Part shown: in pieces, positions 28,823 through 32,000 of the stretch
Numbering within the stretch: position 1 is the stretch's first letter
Layout of the letters: each line of letters opens with the position of its first letter
From: Candidatus Baldrarchaeum yapensis
Lineage (GTDB): Archaea; Asgardarchaeota; Baldrarchaeia; Baldrarchaeales; Baldrarchaeaceae
NCBI GenBank assembly: GCA_016840465.1
Contig: JAEOSH010000017.1
Coordinates: forward strand, 1-32,000
Reading direction: 5' to 3'
Length of the DNA: 32,000 bases
Notes under the pieces: model-generated
Told to the model about the DNA's origin: nothing
Database searches by the model: none
The model's input: only the letters and a program-made list of their open reading frames with translations
Made by a program: the position numbers and the translations under genes

Positions 28823-28831
28823 TTTATAAAA
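28823..28831 (-). promoter_or_regulatory. TATA box TTTTATAAA for the candidate RNA / RHH operon
   Basis: Canonical archaeal TATA. The predicted start at about 28800 coincides with the beginning of the GC-rich structure. Confidence 0.55.
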
Positions 28832-29195
28832 GTTGGAGTTTCCACGATGGTTGAAAGTACCGGCAATATTCATCCTAGTGAATAGTCCTTAACTTCCCCT
28901 TCTTAGATCCTTAACTGTTATTGCCACGTCTATTGACGCAATCACTAATGCCACGGGTATAAGATACATTTCCAGCATCATGTAAGCCAATGGTCCACTC
29001 CTCAACCATCTGGTTGGTCTCTCAACCGGATTGTTCCTCCAAAGGTAGTTACTTAACCTCTGATAGGTTCTGTGCGCAGCCTCTAGTTACGTTGACAAAA
29101 ACAATCTTTTGGCGGCTCAATTCACCAGAAAAATCCGTATATATCAGCACACTCAAAATAGGAATCTGGAGATTCTGTGTAAGGGAGTGAGCGGC

Positions 29196-30000
29196 ATGCC
29201 ATACGCGAAAGTACGTGACATAAATATCTATTACGAAATTCATGGATGATGGCTTTCCCCTAGTGATGATAATGGGGCTAAGCGCAAATAAGGATTGGTG
29301 GCCACCGCAATTGGTAAGGAAATTATCGGAAAAGTACAAGGTGGTGCTGTTTGATAATCGTGGCGCCGGCCGTAGTGATAAGCCGGATGCTCCATACACT
29401 ATAAGGATGCTCGCAGACGATGCTGTGGGATTGATGGATGCTCTTGGAATAGAGCGCGCCCACATCTTTGGGGTCTCGATGGGCGGGATGATTGCTCAAG
29501 AAATCGCAATAAACTACCCCGAGAGGGTCGAGAAATTGATACTCGGTTGTACGACATGTGGTGCTGGCCGAATGGTCCCTCCATCACAAGAGGTTCTTCG
29601 AATGCTAACGAGAACACGTGCTGAAATGAACCCAGAGGAGTACGCAAGGAAGTATGTTGCCCCTCTACTGTTTACGAAGGAGACATTAGAAAAGCGCCCA
29701 GATATTGTGGAGACATTTGTGAAGTCGTACTCGATAGCCCCCATTCCTGACTTCTCGTACAGGAGACAGCTTGAGGCGGTCCTTGCGCATAATGCATGTG
29801 ACAGGTTGCACATGATAAAGGCACCGACATTAATTCTTCACGGGAAAAAGGATATTTTAGTTCCCCCCGAGAATGCAAACATTCTCGCTGAGTTAATTCC
29901 CAACTCAAAGGTTGTGATATTCGAAAATGCCGCACATGCATTCATAGCCGAGGCGCTGGAAGAGACGTGCAGTGCAATTCTCGAGTTCCTAGAGAAATGA
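29196..30000 (+). pseudogene. Alpha/beta hydrolase with a +1 frameshift near 29247 (or sequencing error)
   Basis: MPYAKVRDINIYYEIHG (ATG 29196) joins DGFPLVMIMGLS only if one base is removed. GVSMGG nucleophile, GKKD and AAH are intact. Confidence 0.8.
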
Positions 30001-30070
30001 TAAAAAAGCCGCAAAAGATTTTCCGAAAACTACAATCACGAAGATCCGATCCCTGATGCACATTAAGGCG

Positions 30071-30949
30071 TTACAGCATTGTTTCTTTTTCTTTAAAGCT
30101 TCCCCCATATAGAGATGAAATTCCCATTGATGTCACTATCATCGCCGCCCCTATGATTTGAGTAACTGTCAGTTTTTCAAACAGAAAAATGTACGCAAAG
30201 ATGGCTGCCGCTACAGGTTCAAATAGGAATATTATTGCTGTTGCGGCCGGGCTAACGAACCTCTGACCATATACTTGGAGTATAAAGGCACCATCGCTGC
30301 ACATGATGCTCAAATAAAATATGAGCATCAGTATCGTCATGTCTATACCCTCCATTCCACCGCCTACAAGCATTGAGGGCACGAAGAACGCCAAGGCAGG
30401 AATCATTTCAAAGAACGTGAAAACAATAGGATCCGTTTCACTAAACCTATCAACTATTATCACTTGGGCCGCCCATGCAATAGCACCCAGCAGAACAAGA
30501 GCATCACCAATGCCGAACCCCCCCGCTGGCGCAGTTAGCAAATATAATCCTGTTATGGCAAGGAGCAGAGACACTGATAACTCAATGCTATATTTTCTCA
30601 AAACCACAGCCGTGTATATGTGAACAAAGACTGCATTTAATCCCGTTATGAAAGCAGAGTTCGAAGCCGTAGTGTACCTAGTCCCCCATCCCTGAAGCCA
30701 CAGGCCAATAGCATATGCAATACCGGCCAATAGACCTCCTCTGATCGATTGACGGGATATTCCTTGGTTCTTACGGGTGTAAATCACGTAAGGTAGTAGA
30801 AGAATTAGAGCTATTAAACTTCTAGTCCACACATAGGTGTATTCGCTAATGCTCGAAACAACAACTTTTATTGCCGGAAATGAAGTCCCCCACAATACAG
30901 TCGTTGCGATCAGGGCAGCGACCCCTTTTGTTTTAGACATGCTTACCAC
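30071..30949 (-). CDS. EamA/DMT-family transporter
   Basis: LWGTSFPAIK, ASNSAFITGL, FGIGDALVL and FLFEPVAAAIFA, with about 10 hydrophobic segments. Likely ATG at 30940. Confidence 0.92.
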   Translation of the reverse strand: MVSMSKTKGVAALIATTVLWGTSFPAIKVVVSSISEYTYVWTRSLIALILLLPYVIYTRKNQGISRQSIRGGLLAGIAYAIGLWLQGWGTRYTTASNSAFITGLNAVFVHIYTAVVLRKYSIELSVSLLLAITGLYLLTAPAGGFGIGDALVLLGAIAWAAQVIIVDRFSETDPIVFTFFEMIPALAFFVPSMLVGGGMEGIDMTILMLIFYLSIMCSDGAFILQVYGQRFVSPAATAIIFLFEPVAAAIFAYIFLFEKLTVTQIIGAAMIVTSMGISSLYGGSFKEKETML

Positions 30950-31034
30950 CGCATAAAGCGATAACTCTCATGTTAGCATCAACCTTTCTGCGTGTTATTT
31001 CATAGAACACTCTCTGAAACTCTTTGAAGTTTAC
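30933..31034 (-). pseudogene. Putative 3' remnant of a host gene cut by the LAGLIDADG element
   Basis: Open frame VNFKEFQRVFYEITRRKVDANMRVIALCGGKHV* starts at the GG junction. Its stop overlaps the EamA start, like an operon junction. Confidence 0.4.
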
Positions 31035-31313
31035 CGTCAGAGGGGGCCCACCAAAAGGTTGTCATTCGTCAAGCCTTACACTTCAATCGTCCCCGCTTTA
31101 TGCGCTCAAGGATCCGCTAGCGCCCAAGGGGTTCAGCGGATGTCCGCATTGATGAGCAGACATCCGCCTTGGGACGCATCAACCTCAACTCCCTCGGGGT
31201 TCATCGGGAGTAAATCATCGGTCTCGCCCCCTTTCGGGGTAACCCCTCTCCTTCTCAGGATTGGCTCGATTAATTCGAGCCAAACCTTCATTGAAGGAGG
31301 AAAACCCCACATC
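31034..31313 (-). ncRNA. omegaRNA-like structured RNA overlapping the 3' end of the LAGLIDADG gene
   Basis: Shares GATGTGGGG, CCCCGAAAG and the GATGAACCCCGA K-loop with the tnpB 3' end at 27917-27969. Has extra K-turn hairpins and ends ...CTGACGG. Confidence 0.72.
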
Positions 31314-32000
31314 GTTTGTCCCTCTTATACTCCACTTTTTAAGCCAATACTTAATAGTAGTTCTATGGACTCCAAGCTTTTTGGCAAGTTCATTCAAAGT
31401 TAACCCTTGTCTTAAATATTCAACAAGCCTATCCTTGTCTACAGCCCCTCTTCTATAAGGCTTTCTGATTACTTGCATATTACCAAGTAATTCTTGAAGC
31501 TTTTGTTTACGGGTCTTATTCTTCATGTAATTGATAACCTTTCTACCCAACCTTATTATGTCCCTTTTTCTATAGATGGAAAGAGCGAATTCTGCTCCAT
31601 TTTTGTGAACACATGGATGATAGTTATACTTAAGTAACTTGCATCTCATCTTCTCTAGCCATGTCTTATCGGTGTTTAATATTCGTATCTCGCCCTCCCC
31701 AGTTTTAATACGTTTGCGGAACCTTATATTTCCATCACCATCTATTGCTCCTGCTATGTATGCGTATAATTCCTCCTCATTTTCGGGTACACTTTTCTTT
31801 GAAGAAAGTAAGAACTCAAATGATGGGTCTAATATAGCGTATCTATAGCTCATCGGAAGTCCAGTCTTTTTGTCTATAGTGTCTGTAGAATTTACCTTAG
31901 TGTACTTACCAAAAACTTCTTCAAAAATCTCTAAAATCTCCTGTCAGGTACTTCCTACAATCACTTCAATTTGTTCTCCTAATCGTCTCACGAAAATGTC
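31215..32000 (-). CDS. LAGLIDADG-family endonuclease with C-terminal HTH; 5'-truncated by the window, in-frame TGA at 31946-31944
   Basis: YIAGAIDGDGNI LAGLIDADG helix and LTLNELAKKLGVHRTTIKYWL HTH. The same frame continues upstream (DIFVRRLGEQIEVIVGST*QEILEIFEEVFGKY) to the window edge. Confidence 0.82.

Noticed and set aside
28547-28873. N-terminal 108 codons of the 202-aa ORF 28265-28873, plus ORFs 28613-28885 and 28630-28866
   Set aside because: These are Arg/Pro/Gly-rich open frames produced by the GC-rich structured island. Recognisable RHH sequence starts only at ATG 28546.
31034-31313. Group I or group II intron, or rRNA intron, hosting the LAGLIDADG gene
   Set aside because: No convincing P7 (GACUA/UAGUC) or domain V motif, and the flank is not rRNA. 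Similarity to the tnpB 3' end is a better explanation. A covariance-model search would settle it.
1-32000. Numerous antisense and nested ORFs (for example 11485-12210, 23394-24056, 9192-9788)
   Set aside because: They are shadows of well-supported genes on the opposite strand or in another frame, with no motifs of their own.
1-32000. CRISPR array, tRNA or rRNA genes
   Set aside because: No regularly spaced 24-40 bp repeats and no tRNA or rRNA signatures were found by eye.

Overview
Archaeal window, probably from a thermophile (GGTGA-type Shine-Dalgarno sites, TTTATA boxes, archaeal HMG-CoA synthase motif EFACKAG, E/K/V/I/R-rich proteins). The lineage cannot be assigned from sequence alone. 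Positions 1-25.2 kb are mostly housekeeping and metabolic: pstC-pstA-pstB, a lone class I fumarase beta subunit, a Cys-less thiolase-fold protein with a DUF35 partner, an Isf-like flavoprotein, the mevalonate genes fni and mvk, an HMG-CoA synthase fused to DUF35, a complete group 3b NiFe hydrogenase operon with its protease, a wHTH plus HExxH pair, a hisC-like aminotransferase, a Nox/CoADR-family oxidoreductase, a 2-hydroxyacid dehydrogenase, an AbrB/VapC pair, and mutS-mutL (MutS ends in a PIP-box-like motif). Positions 25.2-32 kb are an AT-richer, partly decayed accessory region. It holds an intact IS607 element (tnpA plus tnpB) whose precise removal restores a sulfatase-family gene, a broken RHH/VapC pair, and a frameshifted alpha/beta hydrolase. 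It also holds three K-loop-containing structured RNA candidates: the TnpB omegaRNA, a stand-alone promoter-bearing GC-rich RNA, and an elaborated omegaRNA-like scaffold overlapping the 3' end of a LAGLIDADG-HTH endonuclease gene instead of tnpB. The last is the best candidate for an undescribed system. All RNA structures were paired by eye and need computational confirmation.
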